Source of the DNA: Tubulanus polymorphus
Lineage: Eukaryota; Animalia; Nemertea
Length of the DNA: 64,000 nucleotides
Assembly: GCF_964204645.1 (NCBI RefSeq)
Contig: NC_134035.1
Span: forward strand, 11,440,451-11,504,450
Direction of reading: 5' to 3'
Shown: positions 42,745 through 55,500 of the stretch, one piece after another
Layout: every line of letters begins with the position of its first letter
How positions within the stretch are numbered: position 1 is the stretch's first letter
Position numbers and translations under genes: made by a program
The notes under the pieces: generated by a model
The model's input: only the letters and a program-made list of their open reading frames with translations
Databases searched by the model: none
Told to the model about the DNA's origin: nothing

Positions 42745-45700
42745 TCACACGGCGCTCTCTTTCAAGAAGACGACAGTTTGTTCGTTTCCCTCGTGAAGCT
42801 GCAACGCGTCCCAACGTTCGATGTCATCGGTCACTAATTTATTCACAATGGCGGCGCAGTAACACGTGCTCAATACGTTGCTCGTCGATCTGAGCCGATC
42901 CCTGAAATATCAATGAGTAAGCGATAAGTGAAGCCCACACTCGAATCACACTAGTTTTCTATTTCCCTGATATTCTACAGATTATTTATCGATAGTTTTT
43001 TTACAGTGATGATAGTGGCGAGTGAACCAGATGCAAGTAATAATTTGCTGGATGCGAGAACCTGAATTATTTTTTCATGTTTTCATTATTGTCTCACGTC
43101 TTTTTTCATGGCTCGCCGATTGTTCAATATACCATACCCACCCGTTAGCGACACTGATTAATCCATGAACGATACTGAATGAATAGATATTACCATATTT
43201 AGTTTATTTATGAACTACCAAACGATACGGAAATAAGCGATGCCTTGGATGAGATTGTGTCATCGTTGGAATATCACTCACAAGCATTAGGAATCAATAT
43301 TACTGGTTTACCGTTTGGCGTTGCGATTAGCCGCTCAGGAAAATGATCTAAAGATTAGCCTTAGCGGTTTTAGCCGAGCAACGAAAACACTTTCACTTAC
43401 AAAATCCATTCCAATGCAAATAGCATGTTGATGCTATTAGTCGGCAAACCAGTCGAGGTAAGAATCATCAAAATACACACCATACTTGCACTAGGTACGC
43501 CGGGTAGGGCAAACATGGCCAGTGAAACCAACAACCTAGAAGAAAACAGGAAACGTGTATCGCTTGAATAATATAACACCGTAAAGACCGACGCACACGA
43601 CGCAGTGTAACAGAAACATGTTTGCGAGCGTTTCCCTATGTCGTGTGCGTTGACTAAGAAACATGGTTTCGGGGAGCAACGTTTCCAATATAAAATATGC
43701 TTGTTTCAGTATTTGGTCGTTTCTGTGTTTCCCTGCGTCGTCTGCGTTGGGCTTTAGAAATAAACGCGAATGAAATAAACGATATTTTTCTATCATCTGA
43801 TATCAATGATAAACAGTGATATTTCGATGTAAGAGGCACACACGGCCATCCTACCCAATTGTGAACGTGGTCGCCGGATTGAGGCTGATGCCGTTCATCT
43901 GCGCGATGAAAATCGTCGCCGCCGTCACGAATATCGCGCTTCCATTGCGATTAGTTCCGGCGCAGAACGGCACGACGAATCCGTAAACTCTTCGGTCGAC
44001 GCCGTGTTTTTCGCAGGTGCGTATCATTTCCGGCATAACCGCGTACCTGCGTAGAAAAAACAAAATACATGCATCAAAAAACATCTATTCATGGTCTCGA
44101 GGACCCAAGTAATAAATAATTTGATATTCCGACTCGAAAACTATAACCGCGATCCTGCGAGCGTTTTTGACCCATGTCAAATTTGGTCCGAAATTACTAC
44201 TCACAAGGGTGTCTTAATGGGCCTGTGACTGTTCGGCCCTGGCCAATTCGTTGACCATTATCGAATTATTGCAACTGTCTAATTAGGCACGGGCCAATTT
44301 AGACTCTGACCTGATCCGACTTTGCCAATTTGGCCCGGGCCAAATCGTCTCCGTGTGATCGGCTACGAGCCATTTTCTAAATTTTGATTTGATTTTGTTA
44401 GAGCAGTTGTAACGAATACAAGTTTAGCGATAGGATTACTATAATCTGTTTTGAAAATGGCCAAAAATACATAAATTTATGTATTTTGTAAAATTGCAAT
44501 TGAGTGGAAAAATATGACTGCTCTCATAGTTTCTTTTTTAATTGTGGGGTTTTTTATATTCAAACATAAAACAGTCGCTTTCCTTTGGATACCAAAATGG
44601 CTACACTATTCTTATTTCACCAGCGACAAAGACCGGTCTCCGACAACAGGTAAAACGGTTTCAAAATCTTCATACACATTTCGATATTAGAATATACGTA
44701 CGATGAAGTAGTGGCGAATATCGTGATCCACGACTTCAACGAGTTGATAAACATAACGACCGGATTGCTGCGAACTATTAACACGTACATCACTTGCAAG
44801 TAGACCAGCTGATGAAACACGAGCCCGACGACGATAGTCATCGCGAAATAACCGAGCAGTTCAAACGTCACTGATATGTCTGATTCGACTCTGAGCAACG
44901 CGTTGCATATGAGGCTAGCGATACCGATCGGCGAAAACCTAGAATTCAGAATATCAAATAGAATCTACTGATTAGGAGGTAGTTTCGCTACCAGCGAACG
45001 CTTTTTGATAATTGACACACTAATTGACCGATCACCTTTTTAAGGCATACTCGATTAATTAAGAAGCGTTTCTGGCAAATAAGTTGCGACACCTAAATTG
45101 GAAATCGTTGTTAAAGTAATTTCAAATGAATCCATGTTTGTTGGACCCCGTTTTTAAGTGTTTTTAAACTTTAAAGTACGATATCAAGATAGAGTCCAAA
45201 ATCGTTTTATAAAACATATAATATTGAAAGTACATCAGAATCAGCGAAAAGATTCGTCGCTATTTCAACATTTCAAATATAAAAATACCAGAGAAAATAG
45301 CTGAAGAGCTTCAGTATGACTTGCATAACGGCGGTCATCAGGTGAATAATCGGCTGACTGGGCGTTCTCATCGAACCACTGCAAGCGATCCCGAATACAG
45401 TCGAGAAAAACAGAACGCCCAACAAGTTGCTCCCGTCATAAAGCCGTACCTATTAAATGAAGAATATTTACGACTGGTTAAAGGACAACTGAATAGTTCG
45501 AATTTTTCCGAAATATTAAATCTTTGTAAAGCGATACACGTTGGCGTATTAGATTTCACAATTAACTAAAAACAGTCAAATTAGAGGGATTTTAAAGCGG
45601 AATCCGCGACGTGACGCGGATATCGAAAAGATAAGTGTCTCACCTTTCGTATTATTTTAGTGGCGAATTCGGTATCTGTTGAGTTGTATAAAGTTGAATT

Positions 45701-47446
45701 ACCGGTGATGAATAGAGTGGAATTGATAGTTGTTGTTGATGGTAAACTGGTATTTAATACTTTTAACACCGTTTGTTCGCTACGTATCATCGCGTCGACT
45801 GCATTGGCCGGAAAAATGTTCCTGCGGAGAGAGATGACAACCAGAGCGGTCTAAACGTCGTGATAGAAAACAAAATTCGAGACATATTTCAAAAGAGGCA
45901 GAGTAATCGTAATGAGAGAAATACAGTCGCTGATCAATCGTTTTGAAAAAAAAGTTGTGGATCATAATATCGTTTTGAATTTTTACCTTCGAATTTTTTG
46001 AAGGAAACACGATTTAATAAAAACAACAAGTCCGTGACGGCGTTGAGAAATTATATATGAGATTCATTTCAAACGATTGAAGAAGAAAATGGTCGATGTA
46101 AAAATCCTTTTAAAAATTGAATTACGTTGATGTGTAGAGAAATCTGATATACCATTCATACGTATCTTACCTGACTAAATCTGCAAGAACGTCCGATGTC
46201 GTCAGTTTCATCAAATTGACCTCGGTAGATCCGATTTCTCTTATGCCACCAGTGTCTCCTTTCAAGATAGATTTAATATTCTAATCAGCGTCAAAACTTG
46301 AATTCGTGGCCGATGCCGTGTGTAAATTCGACGTCAAGGCCACCGAATGCCAACGGCCACCGTCGCACGTTCGTTTCTACATCGAAGCGCCTTTCATGGG
46401 CCGAATAGTACCGGTTGCTTTCTGGCCTGCTGACGAACATGTAGCATATAAGCAGAAATACTTACCAGGCTTTATTGCGTAAACAATGGCGAAACCGATT
46501 AGGCAGCCGATAACGTTATTAACAAACACGTAGATGAACGTGTACAGTCCCATTTTACCATTCAGTCGTGGATCCAAACTCGAACAACCTGCAACAAGTT
46601 GGGGATCGAACTAGTTATTCTTGGGTCTTACGAGAGGAAACGCGATCGACCGTAGTCCAGCTTATGTCGGCTGCACTTGATTTCCGGCAACTACCGAAAT
46701 TATGATCGCCCACCAGTTGCTTCCCCAACTACGATCACTGGCAACTGAACCCAGTTACGTAGCGGGGGGGTTGGTTTAGGGGTTACGACGAACCTTTCAA
46801 AATCCGAAGCTGGTCTGCTTTTTGAAAAATTAATTTGCAAACGCGCCCTGAACCGACTGTAGATGGCCATTATTTTGAGGATGAATTTCAATAAAGCATC
46901 GGGATTCGTTCGATGAGATAAAAATCCTACCTGAAATGATGCTTGAAATAACCAACGGTACAATCATCATCGTGAGAAGGCGTAGAAAAATAATGCCTGG
47001 CATTTCTGAAAACATGAAAAAAAAAATATATATATATATGTATGTTTTCCATATTTTGGATAATTTTTATTTAGTTCTTTTTCACTTGAAAAAATGCTTT
47101 TTAAAACACTTTACAAGCATTAGTCAACAGAACTGGACTTTTTCAACTTGACGAGTTCGAATTATAATAATCTGATGGAATTGGGAATAGAAAAATTGGC
47201 TCATCGACTAAGTTTTCAAAACTTACCGATCCAGATCAGAACTTCCTCCGACAAGGCTAAGCCCATCAGACTAAACCCGATTATAAATCCGACTGCTACA
47301 CCGGCGATAGCCAGCAAAAGCAGCAGATTTTCCTTCAGCCATTCTTTACATTGAATTTTATCCATTTCGTTGAGGTAGATTGTCTCGTCTGGGTGTCTTG
47401 TGGTTAGGTAATCTTTTTCGTTACCATCGTTCATAGAGGCATTGTG
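42745..47446 (-). CDS. Divergent SLC1 (EAAT / dicarboxylate-amino acid symporter family) transporter
   Basis: Exons 47446(ATG 47434)-47227, 47005-46931, ~46588-46466, 46258-46171, 45821-45644, 45449-45289, 44938-44702, 44046-43855, 43535-43401, 42901-42745; all in frame. Motifs: KENLLLLL, PGIIFLRLLTMMIVPLVISS, DLVRNIFPAN, GSNLLG, SPIGI, IFIAQMNG, PGVPSA, WILDRLRST. Confidence 0.9.
43582..43756. mobile_element. Harbinger-like MITE in SLC1 intron
   Basis: TAAAGACCGACGCACACGACGCAG / CTGCGTCGTCTGCGTTGGGCTTTA inverted ends. Confidence 0.6.
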
Positions 47447-50400
47447 CTGTTGATATAAAGAAGACCCAGTCAAATGGGCGTTACGTTATATAAATAGCAC
47501 GACTAAAACGAAGACCGCAGACAATATAAGTATGTACGCCTAAAAATGCAATACACTACAAAATTCTGCAACGAGAGCAAACCAAACAGACAAACTAGGG
47601 GAGAAGGTGTAGATTACCAAATTTGGAATGACAAACCTAAACTAAATAATGTAGTCGAATGAAAAACTCTAATCCGTGAACACTGTAGATCGAATCGAGG
47701 TTCCACAATTCAAATTTTTATACGATGTAATTTATTCAAACGAAACCACAACGTTTCGACTGTTGACTGAAATTCTCGTGACATAATTATCATTCACAGT
47801 TGGATGTTTCACATTGTTGAAATAGTTCAGCTTTTTGGTTTTACAATAAAACTCGACCGCCGATCACACAACTATATCTGTACTTCGATTTCCGATTTCA
47901 AAATCGAGCCCCCCTGTTTCGTTCCCGGCAGGTGTGGCGGGTCTGTAAGGGACACTCAATCAAAAAATCAAACGAAATTTACCGTCCAAATAAAAAACAG
48001 GGACAAACCCTATTTTAAGATCAAAAGACCCTCTTAAGGGCAGATTAGCGCAGAAACGGGCGCAAGAACGAACCTTCGTTTCTTCACTCGTTTCTGCGCG
48101 GTAATTTATGTTTCGTCGCGTCGAAGAAACGGACGAAGATAAGAAGCAATATATCGTTTTGTGCATGGCGTATTAGACGGATTTTTTTTTCAGCTTAACT
48201 CAGCCCAAATCAGCCACCATGTATATCAGACGTGTCTTAAAGTCGCTAAATGTCGCTAACACGCGCAAATCAAATTCTTACATAGAACTATGAAAGTAAT
48301 TAATATTACTGATTATGACTGAAATATTACCGAAATATTTATAATACATTAAGCACGCAATCAACATTTTACGTAAAAGCACATTTCGCATTTTAATATT
48401 GTATGTAAGTACCGGTATGTGAAATTAATTAATTCAATCTGTTGCTGCTTCGGTGACAAATTATTAGTATTAATGTAATGATAAATAATATCTTGTGTTT
48501 TATTACAAAATTAAAAATTAACACGTGCAAATCTATGGATATCGCAGCACACGCACGCGCGGGTACAATATTACTGGCTGATCTGCCCACGTGATATCTC
48601 AATTCGGTCGTTAAAAATGGATAGAATAAGTCACAAAGATAGATTAAGTGTAGAGATCCCCTGTCATAAGGCCGAGAGTGACGAATCCTATCGCTTACCA
48701 AATACGATATGAGCTATATTCCGTTCAATTCGTCGGGTTGCAAAAGGTCACCCTGCAGATATCTCCTCGTACTTGGAACTTCTTTTGCAGCCTGCACCCG
48801 AAGTTCGTCCTATACAGAGTTGATCAATTTTTGCTCGTCGTCATTCACGTATTGCGTCATAAAAATGTGCACATATATCGTGTATATGGATTATATTATA
48901 TGGTGAATTACAAAAAGTAATGCGACAATTTTTTCTGCTCTTAAAATAATATTCTGTGCGTTAATTAGTTGTTAACACACTGTGCACACGATTGTTCTAA
49001 TTACTAGGATAATATCTACTTTGGAATTATGTACGGGGGGAGACCGGCATGGTATAATGGGCTATATTCAATTCACCGAAAAAAGTCCATATTATCTCAA
49101 ATAGCGTGGTAAACCGTCCACATAACGATTAATTTAGTTCTACATCGTTTAGGCTAAAAAATTCAATACCTTGTTTCTCATTTCTGCTGAGATTAAAAGT
49201 CAAGAACAAAAAGAGCTGATATTAACAGACACGGCAGTTATACGAATGAATTGATTGCAAATTCTATTGCAGTTTACAAAAGTGACCCAGCCGATTGGGA
49301 GAAACAATCTATAATCTCTTAACCTTACAATTCAGCAAGTTTGTCAAACCAGGCAAGTGTAATCCTGCTGGTCAAACCAACTGCAACCGTTTTTTGTCAA
49401 TAGGTCGCGTATCCACAACAACAATGAATAGCGCTGATGATAAAAATAGTTGACCTCGCGACCAAACACCTGTCATTCATTTAAAAAGAATCTCTACCTT
49501 TCATTCGATCGGATGAAAATAGCCCGACGCCATTGTGCACGTTGCAAATTGAGCACTTTTAGCTCATACTGATTTCTGATATGTCCAAAACAATCATTAT
49601 CGATCCGCAAGGAGAGACAAGAGTCTGGTTTTATTTCCACCAGTGAACGAAATAACGATGCACAAAGATCTAGTTATAGTATGTTAGATAGATTCATCGT
49701 TACTTATATGGATTATGAGCTTACCAAATAGTGTGTATGATAGTCACGGAGTTTGTCTGCGACTGTCTGGATATGGCTATAGTCTTGAATAATCCGTTTG
49801 ACCAACCCCGGGTATTAATTACTATGCACCAACTTGAACTTACACCTCACTAATTAAAGCCACCAGCCGACCATTCATGTTTTATCACAAGAATAAAGTG
49901 ATTTAGAAATAAAAAGTATTACGCATAACCTATAACGCATTATACTACGTGCCAAAGCACCATTTTTCTCCAACGAAGAAACAACGAAACTTTTGGTTGT
50001 AATCGTCCCTTTTCTATGGCCTGACTACCCGCATGTATAAGAAATATGAGTGAACGATAGCTATAGCGAGGTTCTGCTGAACCTGCGCATCATGTCATAA
50101 TATGACATCAGATTTTATGTAGTGTTTAGGCATAAATCGTGTGTAAATTCATTCACTTGCATTTTTGTCTATTCATTGTTTTTCTAAATACCCCGCCCGA
50201 GGGCATACGAGTGCAGTTCTTCCGGTGCTTTCCATCTAGTGCCGTTTATTTGATGAGCAGCCAAAATTATTTGGTAGTTATGAATTGCTAGCGGGATCAA
50301 CGTCGCCATGTTTTTGGCAGGACCGATAACTTAAGTCAAAAGCCAATCAATCCAGCCAGCTAGGACTTGCATTTTCTAAATTGGAAACTGCTCGTGGAAA

Positions 50401-51045
50401 CCAGCGTTTAGTAACTATGTTGATGAAATTGGGCCCGCGTTGTCTCGGTCATAATGACACTCGACTTATCCATTTTTAGGCTTTCAATTGATAATTGAAT
50501 ACATGTTTATCATTATACCCAATCCAAGATATTTTCAAATAGCATTAGAAAAAAAGACGAACAAACCGTCAAGAACTTTTAGATAACACAAACTGAAGTA
50601 AAGCTTATGATATACCCGATCATGAATATATTAATTACTTGAGTCGTAGAGAAGATGTATGAAATGATATATAATTAACATGACATAGGCTTCGTAAAGT
50701 GTCGCATGATAACAATATAAGCCTGCGCGCGTGACGTCGTGTACTCTTAGAAACGAGCAGAAAAGGACAACTAACATCATTCTCGAGACGCCGGAAATTA
50801 TTCAATGATGTTATTGAAAGGTGATAAAAGCCTCGATACGGCAATATATAACGGGTAAACAAATTTAGTAGAGTGGTCGAGAGCGTGCGCGCGGATCCAC
50901 TAAAGGACACAGTTGTCAACTTTTCAATTTCAACGTCTTTTCAAGGACGGTGTTTGGCGTGGATTTCGGGATGTTTACGAAGCTATAATTCTCAATTGTC
51001 GTTTTTCGAAGCCGATTTTGAGATGAGTTGAAATTATCGACTTAC

Positions 51046-51096
51046 CTGCCAAATCTCTTCGCAATCGTATTCCTTCGATTTGTTGTTTTTAAACAT
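51046..51096 (-). CDS. Candidate first coding exon of the SLC1 gene (MFKNNKSKEYDCEEIWQ)
   Basis: ATG...CAG|gtaagt perfect phase-0 donor; TATATAAA about 130 bp upstream (about 51225-51236); splices in frame to the acceptor at 47446 (HNASMNDG...). Confidence 0.45.
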
Positions 51097-52569
51097 CCTG
51101 CTGGTCGTGTTATAATTAAGCGAACGGTGTGATGATACCAGGAAGAAAGATCTCCGTTATTGAAGCGATTTTGATACGACCGACTTCCCCGCCAGAGCCG
51201 AGAAGTTTTTTGAAAGTCCTTGTGTTTATATATAAACTTACGTTCAGTGAAGTTTTCAACTGATGGCTAATTAGTTCCCTGAAGAAAACTGTTTTTCTTT
51301 TTTTTCACGAGAATTCTCAGACTGCGCTCGGCTAGCAGTTTCTCGAGATTTTTGCGTGCGTTTAACAAACAATCTTCAAAACTTTATCGCCTTGAACGTC
51401 AGTCCTAAAATTGATGCTATGATGACTGTTTGAAAGAAAGCGATGTGTGTTTTACATATCCTGCACAGTTTGACACAGATCGATATATATATTTCAAAAA
51501 ACTAAGTCAAAACTCTGCATGTTGTCGACCGGCTGCGCACTATACTCGACTGTCCTGTTGGTCGTCTCTCCTCATTCAGATACGGCACGCTGTATCCACG
51601 ATGTCAGCCAGCATCCCACATTCAGTTGACCTCAATCAAAGCGCGTCACAAATAAGGTCACCTCCCCACGAAATTAACAACAATCTGAGTGCGCTGTACA
51701 ATTTCACAACAAAAGACTCAATTATAGAGGAACGTTTACGATCGAGACTTTCCCATAACAGTTCACTCTGAAAGCTTTGGGATTGAGACACATGCGTTGG
51801 CTTTCCGGATATCAAGTCCAGTCGCCGGCCGGATTGCAGTTTCTGGGGGCCGATGTTGAACATTGTACGTGATTTATCGATGAATCATTACCGGTAATGA
51901 GAATGATAAATGGTAATCCAACCTACAAATCCATCTCGTACGGGACTTTTCCACAGGATTTCGGGCGTTATTATTCTTTGGATCGATGGGTTAAACCAGA
52001 AACCTATGATAACATGTTCATACATTTTCGTGACTTAAATTAAACCCACGAATAAGGCCAGATTCCCCCTTTCAAAATATTAACCGTGCGGCGCCAGATT
52101 AAATCACGCTTCAGACGGACAGATTAGTCTAGTAAGTGTACGAATGTGGGATAGATGGAAAAGCCGGTTCTCGTTGAAAATGTCACTTGTTTCACCAGCA
52201 CCACCGATGAAATCGTTTAATAATTTGTTTAGAATTTTGGCTACCACAGGCTGATATTAAAGTGCCCATGTAGTTGAAGATGTTCATAATTCCAGACCCA
52301 TATTTTGTTTTGAATCGACCTTAATATTTTGTCGGTGCTCGACGACACCGCACCGACCACCGATCCGCGGCGTGGGGTAAATATTGGGATTCGAATCTAT
52401 TCGAATCGTTCGAATACGCGGCACTTTCCCGCGCTTTAAAAGCCCGCGAAAAGCTGGATGTATCAATCCGCGTGCGATTCGCTGTGAAGTTCGCCGGAAG
52501 TCAAAACTTTTCCCGGTAGTCATGTGACACGTTGCGACACGCCCACAATATTTACATGACACATTTAAA

Positions 52570-55500
52570 ATGGCGGACATGGAGACGGTAACTTTAAACG
52601 AAGAGGAACTCGAAGAAATAACAACCGCTTTTGATTCGGTAAGTCGCGCCGATGAATGTTCGATAACTAGCAAACTGGAAAATCTGCGATGTAGCTTGTA
52701 TTTAAAATGCAGAGCTGGTCGTTGTCATAAAGCGGATAGGTTTGAATTTGCAGTTTCAACCGGTTAGGTCTTAGTCTGTTTATGGTCCGTTCAGTTCATG
52801 TTCAGTTCATGTCTACGAATAGTGGGGCCAGCAATAAACCAGCAATAAACCAGTGCATAAAAAGGTTTTTACGGCCTACTGTCTGTCACACGATGTATTC
52901 TATGTTATCGGCTGTGCTAGTTCTGTCACACGTACTGTACACTGACATTGATGACAGCTTGTGTGTCAGAAAAGTGGTCATGTCAATGAAAACATACACA
53001 ACACAGATCCCATTTGCTCTGACAATGTTTTGGTCCACATGAATTGCACAATTTATGCCATGAAAAATCTGAAAACAAGCTCGAAACATGAGAATGTTAG
53101 TAATAAATTATTTACGATGAGAATGTAGGTAGCAAACAGGCCTTAATTTTGAGCCCAATTTGACGGGGCCCACAGTTGTTAGGCTTAAATACCTGGACCT
53201 GACCACGCTCAACTGTGTCAAAAATAGGCTAGATAGAATGATCATATTAATTGAGAAAATCGATGCCATTAGTAAAATATCTTATTAGTTTAGGCCTTTA
53301 CTTTGATTCTTCAGTGTACAAAAGAAAAAAGTTATGAGGGCGCAAGGAAAAAATGAAAAACGGAAAAAAAATTTAATGATGAATCAATCATTGATTCACA
53401 CTGATTAGGGCAATAAAGATAAAGGATATCTAATAATTCAGTCAGGGAATTATGATCGGGTTGGAAAAATCAAAGAAATATCCAGGAATTCAGAATTCCA
53501 ACATTACATTAGGCTGAAGCCTAATAGCCTTTAATTTTTCAATTCTTTATCTTAATCACCTAGCGCTGGGTTGAATCCTTTTAAAATGGCCATTGATCGA
53601 ACAATTATCCTCAATTAAACTGTCAATTGTTACGGTTCGTGTGATTTCACTGTCACTGACAATTTGTCTGCGTACAATAGTCCTAGTTAATATAACTAGT
53701 TTAGGCGAAAAGTTCGTCATGTAAAGGCCTAGGCACTTTTTTCATATTTGAATGAAATGCATAATTCTGCCGCCGTGTATCAGATCAAAAGGGATCATTC
53801 ATTTATTACGTACGCATAGAATTTGAATTTTTCGACCCCCCCTCCCCCTCTGTACGCAAAATCGGCCATTTTTTCATATACATTAAGCATTACAGTATGC
53901 AATTGCACTGACCCCTCCCGCCTTCCTTGATGCGTACGTAATAAATGAATGACCCCTAAGTTAGAAACTTTATGTTAGTTGTGTAGAATAATGACTACTA
54001 TTGTCGAGTCCGGATATTATTCATGGTACATCCATCCATAATTGTGTGTGAAATGTGATGATCAATCCAGATTTCTCATTCTCAATCGGTTGAATTTAAT
54101 TGGTCCTAAGTGACTTCAATTCAAGTAATTTGGTTGTACTTAAAGCCTGTATATTTTAGGGTGAACTTATGAAAAAAAGCATTTTGTTGACAAAAATGCA
54201 TAAAATGTCTACGAACCATTTCTAGTACAAATCATCTATTGTTTTATTTGAATGTTTTTGCTCAATTTCTTGTCCCTGCTGTCCCTCTCGTGCAAATAAC
54301 TGTCTTAAATCAAGTTTGCCTAGATAGGATTTTGAGCCAGTGTTTCTCTCAGAGCATTGCTTTCATTCAATATCCCTGTTGTATAATTGTTATCTCGACG
54401 TCTTCGTTCCAGTCAGGATTTTAATCAACTAGAGAAAACCTATCATACATATAACTTTTGCTGAGAGAGCTTTTGAATTTGCTGCTCCTGAACTTTGGAA
54501 TGTTCTGCCTAGTCATAGGCCTATTAGATCTAGTGCTACAGTCGAAACTTTCAAATCAAACATGGAAACATATCTTTTTAAACGAACCTATTTGTCTTAT
54601 TTTTGTTTTAACGAATCGACAATTTTAGTAATCTCAATGCTTTGCATATCACCGGGGATTGTACTTTTAATTTTTTGATTTTTCTTATCTTATGCAAAGT
54701 GCAAAGATTACTGATGTAGATAATGCGCTATATCAAGAAAATGATAATTATTATTGTTATATTATCATTATTCAAACTCAACTTTTCTCTTCTATCCTTA
54801 TCCTCTCTCTGATATTGCTAGTTGATTATTTTAAGTATCATTCACCTGTCGGGAATGTATATTGTATTTATAGGTCTATATATGCGCTAAGAAGCGAGTA
54901 CTTCAATGAGTGGTCTGGCGTGTACTAGTTGTCATGGCTACGGCATCTTGCTTTCGCCCAATTCAATTACATTTCATCATTCCCTTGAAAAAGGAAGTCG
55001 GGCGGTAATGAAAAAAAATACAGATTAACAAATTAGAACACGCCAACCAATCAGGTCCTTACGGCGTGTTCCTACATTATACAATGTCAACCGTTGAGGT
55101 CGTTTTATAGTGTTACTTACTGCACTGTAAATGAGAAGTGTCACTGATGATTTTAACTGATGATTGGCTCTTAGGCCCAGAACACGTTTTTAGGTTGATT
55201 TTGTCATGGTGGTGGGGGGGACTTATTCGCTCTATATGGCTTGCAATTGTTGATGGATTTCCCTGAAAACATGGTGTGATGGTTGAGGCAGTGAGATGTC
55301 TCCATCTCTATCAAAAACATCCTCACTCTGCAGGGACTCGAACCTGATGGCATCACTACACTCAGCCACGGCACGAACCCCTGCATCAGTAGACCGGGTG
55401 CGCAGGTACATGCGCAGCTTTCCGAACGAAAACTGGCGGCACCAATCAGATTGCTCGTTGTATAATCGTTGAGGCAAATTTCAAGGAAGAACTATAAATG

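Noticed and set aside
51430-52673. 113-aa and 129-aa ORFs between SLC1 and plastin
   Set aside because: No recognisable domain or splice support; the second is antisense to plastin exon 1 and its promoter.
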